Virus record (IMG/VR): IMGVR_UViG_3300021093_000072
Location: 1-62,954 of that record
Strand: one strand, 5' to 3'
DNA length: 62,954 bases
Source of the DNA: a virus
Taxonomy: Duplodnaviria; Caudoviricetes
The notes below the pieces were generated by a model. That model was not told the origin of the DNA. It searched no databases and saw nothing but the letters and a program-made list of their open reading frames with translations. The position numbers and the translations under genes were made by a program. This document shows, one piece after another, positions 60,886 through 62,954 of the stretch (positions within the stretch are counted from its first letter, which is position 1; each line of letters opens with the position of its first letter).

Positions 60886-62954
60886 ACATTGACCTTAATT
60901 TTTGATCTGAGCATGGCAAATCTTTCGATAGCTGATATTTCATCAACTCCAGATGCGTTACTGAAACCAACCGCACCGCCAAAATCGAAACCAGAGTCGA
61001 TAAAGCCTGCATCGGAATTGTGCACCAAATATCCATCAGCCAGATAGAGATTGCCGCCAACAGTCGACAGTGATATGGTGGCAACCGTTTCATCTGATTT
61101 TGCGATTAAATATACCGTCTGCCATGTGCCTCCAGCAGTCATGACCATGTCGCCAACCTCGATTCGCTGTACGCTCCTGTAGGCAATATTCCCGTCCCTC
61201 ATGACGGGCATAGCATGTTCAGCCGTCAACTTGAGCACGCCATTTATTACAAAATATGAGGTCTCAAAGCCTGCTGCAACCTCTGACACCACCACGAGAT
61301 GATTCACAAATGTACTGTCTTTGGGCCAATTGTCCCTGATTTCAGTGGATGTTATTGGGATGTCAAGATCCTTAGATGGGGACACGGGGCGCTTTGACAT
61401 GAGGATTTCGCCAGGCCTCACCTCCTCAATTGGCTTGTATCCTTTAGTTGTGCTGACGACTGTCCCGACCGCCAGGCAGCAGGATGGGGCACACACCACC
61501 TCATCCCTCAAGGAGGAACATATGGGTGAAGAAAAATTGGGGATTATTTGATAACTTTCTCTGTCTGCACCGCCAACACTGGTGGGCGCACAGCATGGAT
61601 TTTCTGCTATATTTCTTACTAGCGTGTAGCAGCCGTTTTCCACAATCATTTTTGCCACATCGTGAGGAATTTCCACCGATGTGTTGCCGCAGGACGGACA
61701 ATCAACAGATATTGATTCCTTGAAGGCTTGACTGTCCATGGCCGACAGGATGGACTCCTGAGAATCTATTTTAGAACCTGAAGCCAAATCAAAATGCAGT
61801 GTTCCTGATGGACATGATGGTATGCATGCTCCACCAATCAATGTGTCAAATCTGCCACCTGATGATGTCGCATAATCTCCAGTCGACAACTCCTGGCCAC
61901 CACCTAGATTTTCTTTGGTTGGCCCTGTAACGGTCGGGCAATCGTTGGAGGTCACAGATCCGTTGCTCTGCTGCGTGGATGATGAAAATTCTTCTAGAGT
62001 GACAGTTTCCACCTTGATCTTGATGGCTGATTGGCTGAATCCATCGATGCATGCACATCCAGGGAACGCCACGAATCGGAGGGCGTAATCCCAAATTTGT
62101 GCTTGCACCCCCGGTGGCATGAATGGAGACAAGCTCGGTTGGCCTGGTATTCTTCTCCAAGCTCTAGCGGCTACACTCGTTGAAATGAGCGACTCCTCTT
62201 GTCCCGAGCCAAGAGTGTCATCAGACCCATCTCCGTCCCGAAGCCATCCAGAAGCGTTTTCATTTGGCGAAAAATCAATAGTTTTGCACGAGAAAGATCC
62301 TGGCGTAACCAGGAAATAATAGACATGGGTTGATGGTGGAATTGGTCCGCTTGTGCTACCACCTCTGAGGCTGACACATCCACTGTCAAACAATATCGCA
62401 TCATTGCCAACATGAACTGGCCCAAGATGAAGATCAGGGTTGCTGCCGGGCACAGACCAGCATGCAATGTCTAGAGGAAGTGCGGTTCTTGGATGCAAGA
62501 AGTTGTCGTTGGCTTCAGCCACCTGTATGTCGGCATTTCTATCTCCGTATAATCCCCCCTGTACAGCGGTGCTGTAGCCGGTGAAATATGTCTGGAGGCC
62601 TTTTGGAAAAGAGCCACCATCAGTGAGCTGAGATGGCAGCGGCCTCATGCGGGGAGAATTTGTGGTTGAACCCATTGGTCTGAAAGGACGCATGCTCTGC
62701 CAAATTGAATCGTTTTGCCAATACCCTATCATCTGGTAGTAACTGCTGCTGGAAGAAGAAGAATAACTGCTAGAAGAAGAAGAACTGCTGCTTGAAGAAC
62801 TAGAATAACTAGAACTGCTGCTTGAAGAAGAAGAACTAGAAGAACTAGAAGAACTAGAAGAACTAGAAGAACTAGAACTGCTGCTTGAAGAAGATGATGA
62901 ACTGCTACCAGAAGAACTAGAAGAACTAGAACTGCTGCCGGAAGAACTAGAAGA
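60882..62954 (-). CDS. Cys/Ser-rich protein with C-terminal Hint domain; 5' end lies beyond the window
   Basis: Hint CLAVGT...LTAEH...YLADGYLVHN/S at 61017-61478; the frame stays open as poly-Ser upstream of 62732 towards the window end. Confidence 0.85.
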   Translation of the reverse strand, partial: SSSSSGSSSSSSSSSGSSSSSSSSSSSSSSSSSSSSSSSSSSSSSSSSSYSSSSSSSSSSSSSYSSSSSSSYYQMIGYWQNDSIWQSMRPFRPMGSTTNSPRMRPLPSQLTDGGSFPKGLQTYFTGYSTAVQGGLYGDRNADIQVAEANDNFLHPRTALPLDIACWSVPGSNPDLHLGPVHVGNDAILFDSGCVSLRGGSTSGPIPPSTHVYYFLVTPGSFSCKTIDFSPNENASGWLRDGDGSDDTLGSGQEESLISTSVAARAWRRIPGQPSLSPFMPPGVQAQIWDYALRFVAFPGCACIDGFSQSAIKIKVETVTLEEFSSSTQQSNGSVTSNDCPTVTGPTKENLGGGQELSTGDYATSSGGRFDTLIGGACIPSCPSGTLHFDLASGSKIDSQESILSAMDSQAFKESISVDCPSCGNTSVEIPHDVAKMIVENGCYTLVRNIAENPCCAPTSVGGADRESYQIIPNFSSPICSSLRDEVVCAPSCCLAVGTVVSTTKGYKPIEEVRPGEILMSKRPVSPSKDLDIPITSTEIRDNWPKDSTFVNHLVVVSEVAAGFETSYFVINGVLKLTAEHAMPVMRDGNIAYRSVQRIEVGDMVMTAGGTWQTVYLIAKSDETVATISLSTVGGNLYLADGYLVHNSDAGFIDSGFDFGGAVGFSNASGVDEISAIERFAMLRSKIKVNV

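Overview
This window looks like a 63-kb segment of a large (jumbo-type) bacteriophage genome read in the standard genetic code. Supporting genes include a lysozyme-LysM fusion, two beta-helix tailspike-like proteins, a sigma-70 factor, TilS, tRNA-Leu(TAA), a SNF2 helicase, a MoxR/VWA pair, a tyrosine recombinase, two SET-domain proteins and a glycan-synthesis cluster. The standout is at the left end: a ~700-aa RuvC protein of the TnpB/Cas12 superfamily with an intact D-E-D triad and no zinc ribbon. It is followed by a CRISPR array of 14 36-bp hairpin repeats with ~30-nt spacers, and there is no cas1/cas2 in the window. This is a candidate compact phage-encoded type V CRISPR-Cas system, with a possible anti-repeat at 3825-3839 and a positional AGCT/GATC bias in its spacers. 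Other notable signals: (1) a recurring N-W-[YF]-x-x-A / K-x-A peptide motif shared by many unrelated proteins, possibly a capsid-targeting or protease-cleavage tag; (2) an apparent toxin-peptidase-kinase polyprotein; (3) three shuffling HEAT-repeat paralogs; (4) a beta-helix nested inside a beta-helix; (5) two adjacent Cys/Ser-rich proteins that each carry a Hint domain. All family calls come from motif recognition by eye; no searches were run.
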